Under the pieces are notes generated by a model. That model ran no database searches. It was given only the letters and a program-made list of their open reading frames with translations, and was not told where the DNA came from. DNA of 24,000 nucleotides. Origin: Paraflavisolibacter caeni (lineage in GTDB: Bacteria; Bacteroidota; Bacteroidia; Chitinophagales; Chitinophagaceae). The translations under genes were made by a program, and so were the position numbers. The stretch spans positions 763,751 through 787,750 of the forward strand of contig NZ_JAOTIF010000001.1 in the NCBI RefSeq assembly GCF_025628885.1, in the 5' to 3' direction. Shown piece by piece: positions 1-8,507 of this stretch (position 1 is its first letter; each line of letters starts with the position of its first letter).

Positions 1-106
1 TTTACCCAAAGGGATTGCACTTGTTGCGGCCGGATTGCAGGGATCGCCTGTGATGAGTTGGGGAGAGTGGGGGAAAATCGATGGAATGACGAATGGGGGA
101 GAATAG
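1..106 (+). CDS. 3' end of a CDS entering the window, possibly the NADH-quinone oxidoreductase subunit G C-terminus
   Basis: Frame 2 is open from base 2 to TAG at 104-106 (LPKGIALVAAGLQGSPVMSWGEWGKIDGMTNGGE*). It lies directly upstream of nuoH, and the LPxG...GLxGxP tail resembles NuoG C-termini as I recall them. Only 34 codons are visible. Confidence 0.35.
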   Translation, partial: LPKGIALVAAGLQGSPVMSWGEWGKIDGMTNGGE

Positions 107-126
107 ATGATAGATGGTAGAGGAGA

Positions 127-154
127 TTTGGGGTTTGGAGTTTGGAGTTTGGGG
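127..154 (+). repeat. Four tandem heptads TTTGGGG-TTTGGAG-TTTGGAG-TTTGGGG
   Basis: Read directly at 127-133, 134-140, 141-147 and 148-154. The repeat sits in a C-depleted spacer with 7 C in nt 51-200. Confidence 0.9.
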
Positions 155-214
155 GCTGTTAGAGGGCTGTATGTACGGAGTAGATATAGAGTTCCTATGG
201 AGTTAGACCGCAGT

Positions 215-247
215 AAGGTCTCTATAAAGTCTCTATAAGGTCTCTAT
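215..247 (+). repeat. Three tandem 11-bp units AAGGTCTCTAT / AAAGTCTCTAT / AAGGTCTCTAT
   Basis: Read directly at 215-225, 226-236 and 237-247. The repeat ends at the ATG at 248 and is 49 nt upstream of the preferred nuoH start. Confidence 0.9.
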
Positions 248-295
248 ATGGTCGGGAGGGGAAAGGTAAAAATTAGAATATTAAACATACGAAAC

Positions 296-1252
296 ATGAC
301 CGTAACACAACATGTTCTCATTGTAGTAGGGGTTCTGTTTGTGATGCTGAATATTGCCGCCGGGTTGATCTGGGTGGAACGGAGAATGCTGGCGCTTTGG
401 CAGGACCGGCTAGGACCCAACAGGGCTGGACCCCTGGGAATTTTTATTGTAGTGGCGGATACTTTAAAACTGTTTTTTAAGGAAGACTGGATCCCTCCTT
501 TTGCAGATAAGAAAGTGTTTGTCCTGGCGCCGGCCATTGTTGTGGGCAGCGCTTTGTTAAGTTTCGTCATTATCCCCTTTGCTCCGGGCATTGTGGTTGC
601 GGATCTCAATGTAGGATTGCTTTTCTTCCTGGCTATGTCGTCGATAGGTGTTTACAGCATCGTATTGGGTGGTTGGGCGTCGAACAATAAGTATTCACTG
701 TTAGGAGCATTGCGTGGCGCATCACAGATGATCGCATATGAAGTGTTTATGGGATTGAGCCTGATGGGTGTGGTGATGCTAACAGGTTCGTTTAAGCTAT
801 CAGACATTGTAGCTGCACAGCAGGATATGTGGTTTATTATCAAGCAACCTGTGGCCGCCATTATTTTCTTTATTGCTGGTATAGCCGAAACGCACCGCCT
901 GCCTTTTGATATTCCTGAAGCTGAAAGTGAATTGATTGCTGGTTTCCATGCTGAATATTCGGGTATGAAGTTCGGGATGTTCTTCGTAGGGGAATATATC
1001 GGGATTACACTGATTTCGTCTATGATGACTACCATGTTTTTTGGTGGTTGGCTGGGACCAGCCTTTCTGCCACCATGGGCCTGGTTCTTTATTAAAACTT
1101 TTGCTTTCATCTTGTTTTTCATTCTGCTCCGCGCATCATTGCCAAGGCCACGTTATGATCAATTGATGGAAACGGGATGGAAGATATTGCTGCCTCTTGT
1201 ATTGGTGAATCTGCTAGTGACGGGGGCAGTGGCCTTGTGGACCAGGGGATGA
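296..1252 (+). CDS. nuoH: NADH-quinone oxidoreductase subunit H
   Basis: Polytopic hydrophobic ORF with NuoH/ND1 signatures ERRMLALWQDRLGPNRAGPLG, ETHRLPFDIPEAESELIAGFHAEYSGMKF and RASLPRPRYDQLM. The ORF-track ATG at 248 adds a basic 16-aa extension abutting the tandem repeat. ATG 296 (MTVTQHVL...) fits NuoH N-termini better, but the start remains uncertain. Confidence 0.93.
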   Translation: MTVTQHVLIVVGVLFVMLNIAAGLIWVERRMLALWQDRLGPNRAGPLGIFIVVADTLKLFFKEDWIPPFADKKVFVLAPAIVVGSALLSFVIIPFAPGIVVADLNVGLLFFLAMSSIGVYSIVLGGWASNNKYSLLGALRGASQMIAYEVFMGLSLMGVVMLTGSFKLSDIVAAQQDMWFIIKQPVAAIIFFIAGIAETHRLPFDIPEAESELIAGFHAEYSGMKFGMFFVGEYIGITLISSMMTTMFFGGWLGPAFLPPWAWFFIKTFAFILFFILLRASLPRPRYDQLMETGWKILLPLVLVNLLVTGAVALWTRG

Positions 1253-1312
1253 CGGAATGACGAATGGGAAATGTAGATGTTATTATATACGGTTGACTTT
1301 AAAACTATTTCT

Positions 1313-1828
1313 ATGTTTAGTCACATTCGCACGATCTGGTTGACGTTTTTACACCTTTTCAAGAAAAAGGTCACAATAGAGTATCCTGAGGAAAAAGTAA
1401 AACTACATCCGCGTTGGAGGGGAAGGATCGTATTAACCAAAGATCCTGATGGCGGTGAGCGCTGTGTCGGGTGTTATTTGTGTGCTGCGGCCTGCCCGGT
1501 TGACTGCATTGCATTGCAGGCAACTGAAGATGAAAATGGACGCCGTTACCCGGAGTTTTTCCGCATTAACTTTTCCCGGTGCATCTTTTGTGGCTTTTGT
1601 GAAGAGGCCTGTCCTACCTATGCCATCCAGTTGATACCGGACTTTGAAATGGGCGAATACAAGCGCCAGAATTTGGTATTTGAAAAGGAAGACTTACTGA
1701 TCAATAGCCAGGGCAAATACCCGGGATATAATTTTTACCAGGTAGCAGGCATCCAGGCCGGCGTTAAGGGGAAAGGAGAAGGGGATAATGAAGAGCCGCC
1801 TGTTGACGTGCATAGTTTGTTGCCCTAA
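1313..1828 (+). CDS. nuoI: NADH-quinone oxidoreductase subunit I (2x[4Fe-4S] ferredoxin-type)
   Basis: Two cluster motifs, [12 protein letters not shown] and [12 protein letters not shown]. Long stretches match my recollection of E. coli NuoI ([34 protein letters not shown], terminal SLLP). Start moved from 1277 to ATG 1313 (MFSHIRTIW) by N-terminal comparison. Confidence 0.93.
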   Translation: MFSHIRTIWLTFLHLFKKKVTIEYPEEKVKLHPRWRGRIVLTKDPDGGERCVGCYLCAAACPVDCIALQATEDENGRRYPEFFRINFSRCIFCGFCEEACPTYAIQLIPDFEMGEYKRQNLVFEKEDLLINSQGKYPGYNFYQVAGIQAGVKGKGEGDNEEPPVDVHSLLP

Positions 1829-1915
1829 ACCCTAACCCTCCCGTAATGACGGGACAAACTCTGCTTTGGTGGTACCAGCTCTAAAGGGGAGTGTTAGAAA
1901 ACAGAAACTAAAAAA

Positions 1916-2515
1916 ATGAATGTCTTATTTTATTTATCATCAGCTATCGCTATTGCAGCGACAATTATGGTTATTACGCGTTATAAACCGATCCATGCGC
2001 TGTTGTACCTGGTCGTTTCGTTTATGGCTGTAGCCATGATCTTTCTTTCGCTCGGTGCGCCGTTTGTTGCTGTCCTTGAAATCATCTTGTATGCAGGTGC
2101 GATCATCGTATTGATGATTTTCGTTGTGATGATGCTGAACCTGGGCTCAGAAACCGCACAACAGGAAAAAGAATGGCTACTGCCAAAAGTGTGGTTAGGT
2201 CCATCCATACTGTCATTGGTATTATTGGGAGAGATCATTTACCTGCTGCTTCGTTCAGGAACGGGTAATGCATCTTTTATCTTCATCGATTCAAAAAAAG
2301 TGGCCCTGTCACTATATGGTGAATACATCATCGCCGTAGAGTTAACGGGCTTCCTGTTGATGGCTGGTATCGTTGGTGCTGCCCATATTGGTAAGCATAA
2401 GAAGAAACATTTGCACCGGTTCTTGCAGGAAGAGGAAGTTAGTACCAAGATAGAGGTAAGAAGCACGAAACCTGAAGATGAGAAACAGACTAAACCAGTG
2501 GCGTATAAGCCATGA
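1916..2515 (+). CDS. nuoJ: NADH-quinone oxidoreductase subunit J
   Basis: 199-aa protein with five hydrophobic segments, positioned between nuoI and nuoK in the operon. It has a Lys/Glu-rich C-terminal tail. Confidence 0.85.
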   Translation: MNVLFYLSSAIAIAATIMVITRYKPIHALLYLVVSFMAVAMIFLSLGAPFVAVLEIILYAGAIIVLMIFVVMMLNLGSETAQQEKEWLLPKVWLGPSILSLVLLGEIIYLLLRSGTGNASFIFIDSKKVALSLYGEYIIAVELTGFLLMAGIVGAAHIGKHKKKHLHRFLQEEEVSTKIEVRSTKPEDEKQTKPVAYKP

Positions 2516-2588
2516 AATAGTAAAGATCTCATGCTCTGAAACACCGTTGAACCAGACGTATATACTTTGAACTCCAAACCATATAATC

Positions 2589-2918
2589 ATGCCCTTTAAC
2601 CCTCAGGCTGTATTGATTGTTGCCGCTATACTTTTTGTGTTGGGATTGGTTGGTGTGCTGACAAGAAAGAACATCATTTTCATCCTGGTTTCAGTTGAGA
2701 TCATGCTGAATGCCGCGGGACTTGCTTTTGTAGCCGCCGGAGCGAGGTGGGGACAGCCTGATGGACAGGTGATGTTTTTGTTCATCCTTGCAATGGCTGC
2801 TTCCGAAGTTTCTGTTGGACTGGCATTGGTAATGCAAACTCACAGGCAACACAAGACATTGGATGTTCAGGAGCTTAGGGAATTGAGAGATAAGACGGAA
2901 GAATACTCATCAATATAA
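2589..2918 (+). CDS. nuoK: NADH-quinone oxidoreductase subunit K
   Basis: 109-aa protein with three TM helices and membrane-embedded Glu contexts (VSVEIMLNAAG, AASEVSVGLAL). Operon position supports the call. Confidence 0.88.
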   Translation: MPFNPQAVLIVAAILFVLGLVGVLTRKNIIFILVSVEIMLNAAGLAFVAAGARWGQPDGQVMFLFILAMAASEVSVGLALVMQTHRQHKTLDVQELRELRDKTEEYSSI

Positions 2919-2936
2919 CAAGACAAATTATGCAAT

Positions 2937-4826
2937 ATGAATAACCTGCTTGCATTAATTCCTGCTTTGCCATTGGCTGGATTTTTAATACTATCTCTTA
3001 CGGGCAGGCATTTGCCTAAAAGCATTATTGCAGGAATTGGAGCCGGTTCTGTAAGCGCTGCAGCCCTGATCACCATTTTCATTGGTATGCAGTTTTTACA
3101 ATCACCGCCTACCGGGAATGCCTATACTCAAACGTTGTGGCAATGGATGCAAACGGAAAACTTTTCCGCGGGCATTGATCTCCGGATGGATGCATTGACA
3201 CTTGTATTTGTGTTCATCATCACTTTTGTCGGGGCCTTGATTCACATTTATTCAACCGCTTTCATGCGTCACGACCGTGACTATGCACGCTTTTTTGCCA
3301 GCATGAATTTGTTTGTCTGTTCCATGCTGCTGCTGGTAATGGCAGATAACCTGGTGCTGATGTATTTAGGATGGGAAGGGGTAGGTTTGTGCAGCTTCCT
3401 GCTTATTGGCTTCTGGTATGAAACACCGGCTAATGTGGCTGCAGCTAATAAAGCCTTTTACATTACACGCATTGGTGATACAGCAATGGCTATTGGCCTC
3501 TTCCTGCTGTTCCGTGAATTAGGAACGCTGAACATTCCTGAAATCATGACGCAAGCGCCCGCTCACTTCCAGCCCGGTGCTTCTAATGTTACATGGATTG
3601 CTTTATTACTACTGGCAGGAGGAATGGGTAAATCTGCCCAGTTGCCTTTGCAAACCTGGTTGCCGGATGCCATGGCAGGCCCATCGCCAGTGAGTGCGTT
3701 GATTCATGCAGCAACCATGGTGACTGCCGGTGTATACCTCATTGCCCGTATGCATGTGGTGTTTCAATTGTCGCCCGTGGCTATGGCTGCAACAGCAGCT
3801 ATAGGTGCCATTACTTTGTTTGTGGCTGGCTGTAGTGCAATGGCGCAAACTGACATCAAACGCATCCTGGCTTATTCAACTATCAGCCAGATCGGTTATA
3901 TGTTCCTGGCCTTAGGTGTAGGAGCATGGAGTGCAGGCATCTTCCATTTCTTTACCCATGCCTTCTTTAAAGCCCTTTTATTCCTTGCTGCGGGCGCTGT
4001 TATAGAGTCGTTGCACCACGAACACAACATCTTTAGAATGGGAGGGTTGAAAGACAGGATGCCTGTTGTATTCTGGACTTTCCTGGCAGGTGCAGCAGCA
4101 TTGGCGGCATTGCCTTTGATCAGTGCCGGCTTTTACAGTAAAGACCAGATCTTGTGGTATGCCTGGAGTGCTCAAAATGGAAATCCTATGCTATGGTTGG
4201 TTGCCATTGCCGGTGCTTTAATTACTGCTTTTTATACAACCCGCCTGATGATTGTGGTATTCTGGGGCGATATGAAGACCCATATTGGTGAGCGTCCTGG
4301 TAAAGCGATGACCATCCCGCTTATGATCCTGGCCGTTTTAAGTATTGTTGCAGGGTTTATTGAGTGGCCACACAACCTGGTACATCTTTCTTTATTCTCT
4401 GACCTTGTTCAGAGGTATCTGCCCGAAACATTGTTACAGGAAGGGCACCCTCCTGAAATTATCTTTCAACTGGTAGCAGCTGCTGTTACACTTTTAGGGG
4501 TGTATGCCGGTTATGTTTTGTATTACAAGAATACTTCGATTCTTGAACAATGGAAGGCATCTCCTGCGATGTTGAGTTTGCGGAATTTCTTTTATAAGGG
4601 CTGGGGATTCGATGACTTATATGACACTGTATTTGTAAGACCGTTTTACTTTCTAACCCGTATCAATAAAAGTGATGTTTTTGACCTGTTGAACAAGGGT
4701 ATTGCCACTACCAGCCAGCGCTTGAATGAATGGTTCTCGTTTTCTCAAAACGGTTCATTGCGCTGGTATGTAGTGGGTGTGCTGATTGGGATCATTTTCG
4801 TTTTGGGGCTGCAGATATGGGGGTGA
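2937..4826 (+). CDS. nuoL: NADH-quinone oxidoreductase subunit L (antiporter-like)
   Basis: 629-aa protein with motifs LMYLGWEGVGLCSFLLIGFWY and GKSAQLPLQTWLPDAMAGPSPVSALIHAATMVTAGVYL. It has the long C-terminal extension typical of NuoL. Confidence 0.93.
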   Translation: MNNLLALIPALPLAGFLILSLTGRHLPKSIIAGIGAGSVSAAALITIFIGMQFLQSPPTGNAYTQTLWQWMQTENFSAGIDLRMDALTLVFVFIITFVGALIHIYSTAFMRHDRDYARFFASMNLFVCSMLLLVMADNLVLMYLGWEGVGLCSFLLIGFWYETPANVAAANKAFYITRIGDTAMAIGLFLLFRELGTLNIPEIMTQAPAHFQPGASNVTWIALLLLAGGMGKSAQLPLQTWLPDAMAGPSPVSALIHAATMVTAGVYLIARMHVVFQLSPVAMAATAAIGAITLFVAGCSAMAQTDIKRILAYSTISQIGYMFLALGVGAWSAGIFHFFTHAFFKALLFLAAGAVIESLHHEHNIFRMGGLKDRMPVVFWTFLAGAAALAALPLISAGFYSKDQILWYAWSAQNGNPMLWLVAIAGALITAFYTTRLMIVVFWGDMKTHIGERPGKAMTIPLMILAVLSIVAGFIEWPHNLVHLSLFSDLVQRYLPETLLQEGHPPEIIFQLVAAAVTLLGVYAGYVLYYKNTSILEQWKASPAMLSLRNFFYKGWGFDDLYDTVFVRPFYFLTRINKSDVFDLLNKGIATTSQRLNEWFSFSQNGSLRWYVVGVLIGIIFVLGLQIWG

Positions 4827-4859
4827 TATATGGCACTTTAACTAAACAAATCTTTTTTT

Positions 4860-6374
4860 ATGATACTTGCCTGGATGATCATCATATTAATGGCTGGGGG
4901 GCTTATTTGCTGGTTGTTGGCTCGATGGAACAAAGAGGTAGTGAAATGGGTGGCGCTACTGGCTGTACTGCTCGATCTTATATTGGCTTGCAGCATCTGG
5001 TGGCAACATGGTGGCGTTCCAACAAGTGGCGCCAATGCATGGCTGATCGATTATAAGGCGGCATGGGTGCCTACATATGGCATCAGTTTTCACATGGCTG
5101 CGGATGGGCTGAGCCTGGTGATGTTATTGCTTACTTACTTTTTGGGTACACTGTCTGTACTCTGTTCGTGGAATGAGGTGAAAGGGAGAATAGGATTTTA
5201 TTATTTCAACCTCTTATTTACACTGACAGGTATCAGTGGCGTATTTGTTGCCTTGGACCTTTTCTTATTCTACTTCTTCTGGGAAGTAATGCTGGTACCA
5301 ATGTTCTTTTTGATTGCCATTTGGGGCGACAGCAACCGGCGTTATGCTGCCTACAAGTTTTTCATCTTTACACAGGCTGGTGGTCTGCTTATGCTGATCT
5401 CTATATTGGCTTTGTATTTTATTGCATCGGCTCAAAACGGCGCTTTTTCTTTTGATTATACCGACCTGTTGGGTACCACCATGCAGGCTTCTACTGCCCG
5501 TTGGATCATGCTGGGATTCCTGCTGGCCTTTGTTATTAAGTTGCCAATGGTCCCATTCCACAACTGGCTTCCTGATGCCCATAGTGAAGCACCTACGGCA
5601 GGTAGTTTGATCCTTGCCGGTTTGTTGTTGAAAACCGGTGCATATGGAATCATCCGTTTTGTATTGCCCCTCTTTCCACAGGTAACGGCTGATGTTGCCT
5701 GGTGGGCAATGCTGTTAGGAGTTGTTGGTATCATTTATGGAGCGCTGCTGGCCTTTGCACAAACCGATATCAAGCGGTTAATTGCTTACACTTCTGTCAG
5801 TCACATGGGCTTTGTCCTGGTAGGCATATTTGCTTTCAGGGAGATGGCGATGCAGGGCGTGGTGATGCAAATGGTCACACATGGTATCAGTACGGGCGCC
5901 TTGTTCGTATTAGCGGGCATGTTGAAAGAACGTTTACACACGAGAGATATTGGCAGGATGGGTGGTTTGTGGACCTCTATGCCGGCAATGGGAGGTGTCG
6001 CAATGTTGTTTACTATGGCTTCGCTGGGCTTGCCGTTCCTGGGCAACTTCATTGCGGAGTTTCTGATCCTGATGGGCAGTTTCGGAAGCAACGTGGTCAT
6101 CACTGTCCTGGCAACCTTGGGACTGGTATTTTCGGCACTCTACTCCCTGCGACTATTGCAGAAAGTTTTCCTGGGGCAACCATCATCACATATAAGTCTG
6201 CCTGATTTAAGTATGCGCGAAATGTTGATAATGGCTTCGCTTACTATTGCCATTGTGTTGCTTGGATTGTATCCACAACCTGTAATGAACCTTGTTTCTC
6301 CGGTCATTAAAGGAATGGAGAAAAGCGTCAGTTTTGAAATGAACAATCATCAATCTGTAATCTCAATCCCATGA
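4860..6374 (+). CDS. nuoM: NADH-quinone oxidoreductase subunit M (antiporter-like)
   Basis: 504-aa protein with motifs FYFFWEVMLVPMFFLIAIWG and KLPMVPFHNWLPDAHSEAPTAGS. The N-terminus resembles E. coli NuoM. Confidence 0.93.
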   Translation: MILAWMIIILMAGGLICWLLARWNKEVVKWVALLAVLLDLILACSIWWQHGGVPTSGANAWLIDYKAAWVPTYGISFHMAADGLSLVMLLLTYFLGTLSVLCSWNEVKGRIGFYYFNLLFTLTGISGVFVALDLFLFYFFWEVMLVPMFFLIAIWGDSNRRYAAYKFFIFTQAGGLLMLISILALYFIASAQNGAFSFDYTDLLGTTMQASTARWIMLGFLLAFVIKLPMVPFHNWLPDAHSEAPTAGSLILAGLLLKTGAYGIIRFVLPLFPQVTADVAWWAMLLGVVGIIYGALLAFAQTDIKRLIAYTSVSHMGFVLVGIFAFREMAMQGVVMQMVTHGISTGALFVLAGMLKERLHTRDIGRMGGLWTSMPAMGGVAMLFTMASLGLPFLGNFIAEFLILMGSFGSNVVITVLATLGLVFSALYSLRLLQKVFLGQPSSHISLPDLSMREMLIMASLTIAIVLLGLYPQPVMNLVSPVIKGMEKSVSFEMNNHQSVISIP

Positions 6375-7813
6375 CCTCAGTCCAACTCCTTGCCTTACTT
6401 CCCTTTATGCTGTTAGCAACAGCATCCATCATTGTGATCCTGCTGATCGCTTTCAAGCAGTCTCATACTGTTATCCAGGTAACTGGTTTTTTAATGATGT
6501 GCAGTGTCATCCTGGCCATGTGGTATGTGCGTGATGTGTTGCCTGTTGCTGTGCTTCCTTTGCTGGTAGTAGATGGCTTTGCCGCCATATTTACGGGTAT
6601 GATCATTTTCTCCGTGCTGGTGGTTGGTTTGTTTTCCTTCATCTATTTCGAAGAGCGGGAAGAAAATCCTAAAGAGTATTATATCCTGCTTTTCCTGAGT
6701 ACACTTGGAGCCGCTGTATTGACCATCAGCCGGCATTTCATTTCACTCTTTATCGGTCTGGAGCTGTTGAGTGTCAGTTTATATGCATTGATCGCTTACT
6801 TGCGTACCCGCAACAATGCTGTTGAAGCGGGTTTGAAATATCTTGTATTGGCGGCTGTATCTTCGGCCTTTTTGCTCTTTGGGATGGCATTGATCTATAT
6901 GGAAACAGGCAGTATGGAATTCAATGCAATAGCCCAGAAAACAGGTACAACTCTTTCTCCTTTATTTGTGACAGGGGTAGGATTGATGGTTGTAGCCATT
7001 GGCTTTAAACTGGCCATAGTGCCGTTTCATTTGTGGGCCGCTGATGTGTACCAGGGCGCACCTGCACCCGTGACTTCATTTATCGCTACTGTTTCAAAGA
7101 TTGGTGTATTTGCTGTTCTGCTCCGTTTTGGACAGGCTGTTCATTTGCAGGCCAATTCCCTGGCCTTTACCATTTTTGCCGCACTGGCAATACTTTCCAT
7201 GATTGCTGGTAACATCCTGGCCCTGCGGCAGGATAATATCAAGCGGTTGCTTGCTTATTCGTCTATTGCTCACTTTGGTTATCTGATCGTTGCATTCCTG
7301 CCCGGCAATGAGGCAGGTGTTGAAGCCTCGATGTTTTACCTCCTGGCTTATTCCATTACTACACTGGTAGCTTTTGGAATCATCACACTCTTATCTACAC
7401 GAGAAAGGGATGCAGAAAAATTAGAAGGTTACCGGGGGTTATTCTGGCGTCATCCTATACTTGCCGCAGTTTTAACTGTTGCCTTATTATCCCTCGCAGG
7501 TATACCACTTACGGGTGGTTTTATCGGTAAGTTTGCTGTGCTGACTTCCGGCGTACAGCAGGGTTTATGGGCGCCGGTTATTGTGTTGGTTCTTACCAGC
7601 GTTGTGGGGATCTATTACTACCTGCGTATACTGACTACATTGTTTGCGGAAGCGCCATCAATTGCTAAAAAAGAAAAAGTGCTGCATCCATTTTTTTACA
7701 ATGCCATGTACGCAGCACTGATTGTTCTTGCCGTCATACTCTTAGGCATTGGTGTTTTCCCAAGTGGCGTAATGAATGGAATTAAAGAGTTCCTGGCTAT
7801 TGGTGGTCAGTAA
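6371..7813 (+). CDS. nuoN: NADH-quinone oxidoreductase subunit N (antiporter-like)
   Basis: 480-aa protein. Its start forms an ATGA overlap with the nuoM stop (6371-6374). Motif FKLAIVPFHLWAADVYQGAPAPVTSF. Confidence 0.92.
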   Translation: MTSVQLLALLPFMLLATASIIVILLIAFKQSHTVIQVTGFLMMCSVILAMWYVRDVLPVAVLPLLVVDGFAAIFTGMIIFSVLVVGLFSFIYFEEREENPKEYYILLFLSTLGAAVLTISRHFISLFIGLELLSVSLYALIAYLRTRNNAVEAGLKYLVLAAVSSAFLLFGMALIYMETGSMEFNAIAQKTGTTLSPLFVTGVGLMVVAIGFKLAIVPFHLWAADVYQGAPAPVTSFIATVSKIGVFAVLLRFGQAVHLQANSLAFTIFAALAILSMIAGNILALRQDNIKRLLAYSSIAHFGYLIVAFLPGNEAGVEASMFYLLAYSITTLVAFGIITLLSTRERDAEKLEGYRGLFWRHPILAAVLTVALLSLAGIPLTGGFIGKFAVLTSGVQQGLWAPVIVLVLTSVVGIYYYLRILTTLFAEAPSIAKKEKVLHPFFYNAMYAALIVLAVILLGIGVFPSGVMNGIKEFLAIGGQ

Positions 7814-7863
7814 GGTTGGTATGAAAGTTTTAAGGAATTTTATGCAAGAAAAAATACTTTATT

Positions 7864-8436
7864 ATGAAAAGATTATTTGTAATCAAACTATTATTTGTTC
7901 TATTGTGTTCTCAATTTGTGTTGCTTGCTTGCAGTAATGAAAAGAAAACAAGCAGCAGCAACAAAGAAAGCAGTATGCAGGGTGGAGCTATAGCTACACT
8001 TGCAGGCACAAAACCTGATACTGCTGTAACAGGAACTGTTCAGTTTGAACAGATGCAGGGCGGCAAAGTGAAAATGAAACTGGATATATCTGTTCCCACC
8101 AAAGCCAATCAAAGTGTGGCGGTGCACATTCACGAACATGCAGATTGTGGCGAAATGGGAAAACATGCCGGGGGACACTGGAATCCCACCAACAGTAACC
8201 ATGGCAAGTGGGGCAGCAGTTCCTTTCATTCAGGTGATATAGGGAACATAAATTTAGATGCCAGTGGCAAAGCAAGCATGGAGCTGGAATCAGACTTGTG
8301 GTCAATTGGCGGAGATCCTAAAACGGACATCCTCAACAAGACCATTATTGTACATAGTGGTGTAGATGATTATACTTCCCAGCCTTCAGGTAATTCAGGG
8401 GAAAGGATTGGCTGTGGGGTGATTCAAAAACAATAA
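7864..8436 (+). CDS. sodC: Periplasmic Cu/Zn superoxide dismutase, lipoprotein
   Basis: Signal peptide ending in lipobox LLAC (Cys23). Metal-site stretches VHIHEHADCG, GGHWNP, HSGDIGN, IIVHSGVDD and C-terminal RIGCGVI. Confidence 0.9.
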   Translation: MKRLFVIKLLFVLLCSQFVLLACSNEKKTSSSNKESSMQGGAIATLAGTKPDTAVTGTVQFEQMQGGKVKMKLDISVPTKANQSVAVHIHEHADCGEMGKHAGGHWNPTNSNHGKWGSSSFHSGDIGNINLDASGKASMELESDLWSIGGDPKTDILNKTIIVHSGVDDYTSQPSGNSGERIGCGVIQKQ

Positions 8437-8459
8437 GGATGCAGCAGTAGAATAACAAT

Positions 8460-8483
8460 AAAGCCCACTTTCCGGTGGGCTTT
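8460..8483. terminator. Bidirectional rho-independent terminator between sodC and tonB
   Basis: AAAGCCCAC (8460-8468) pairs with GTGGGCTTT (8475-8483) around a 6-nt loop. Flanks are A-rich on the left and T-rich on the right. It lies between convergent stop codons. Confidence 0.7.
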
Positions 8484-8507
8484 ATTGTTACCTGTTTCAA
8501 TGAATGA

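Noticed and set aside
60-99. G-runs GGGG (60-63), GGGGG (69-73) and GGGGG (95-99) as a three-tetrad G-quadruplex
   Set aside because: There are only three runs, with 21-nt and longer loops to the next run, so this is not a canonical motif. It also lies inside the probable coding tail.
1845-1851. A third copy of the AATGACG core of the 15-nt nuo junction repeat
   Set aside because: Only a 7-mer is shared, which is expected by chance. It is better explained as part of the local TCCCGT/ACGGGA hairpin.
244-8305. Many 60-156-aa ORFs antisense to, or out of frame with, nuoH-N and sodC (for example 244-609, 652-1122, 2239-2577, 5702-6205, 7900-8229)
   Set aside because: Each lies entirely within a long ORF that carries strong family motifs. 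Their products are low-complexity or Cys/His/Arg-rich, as is typical of shadow frames, and none has independent signals.
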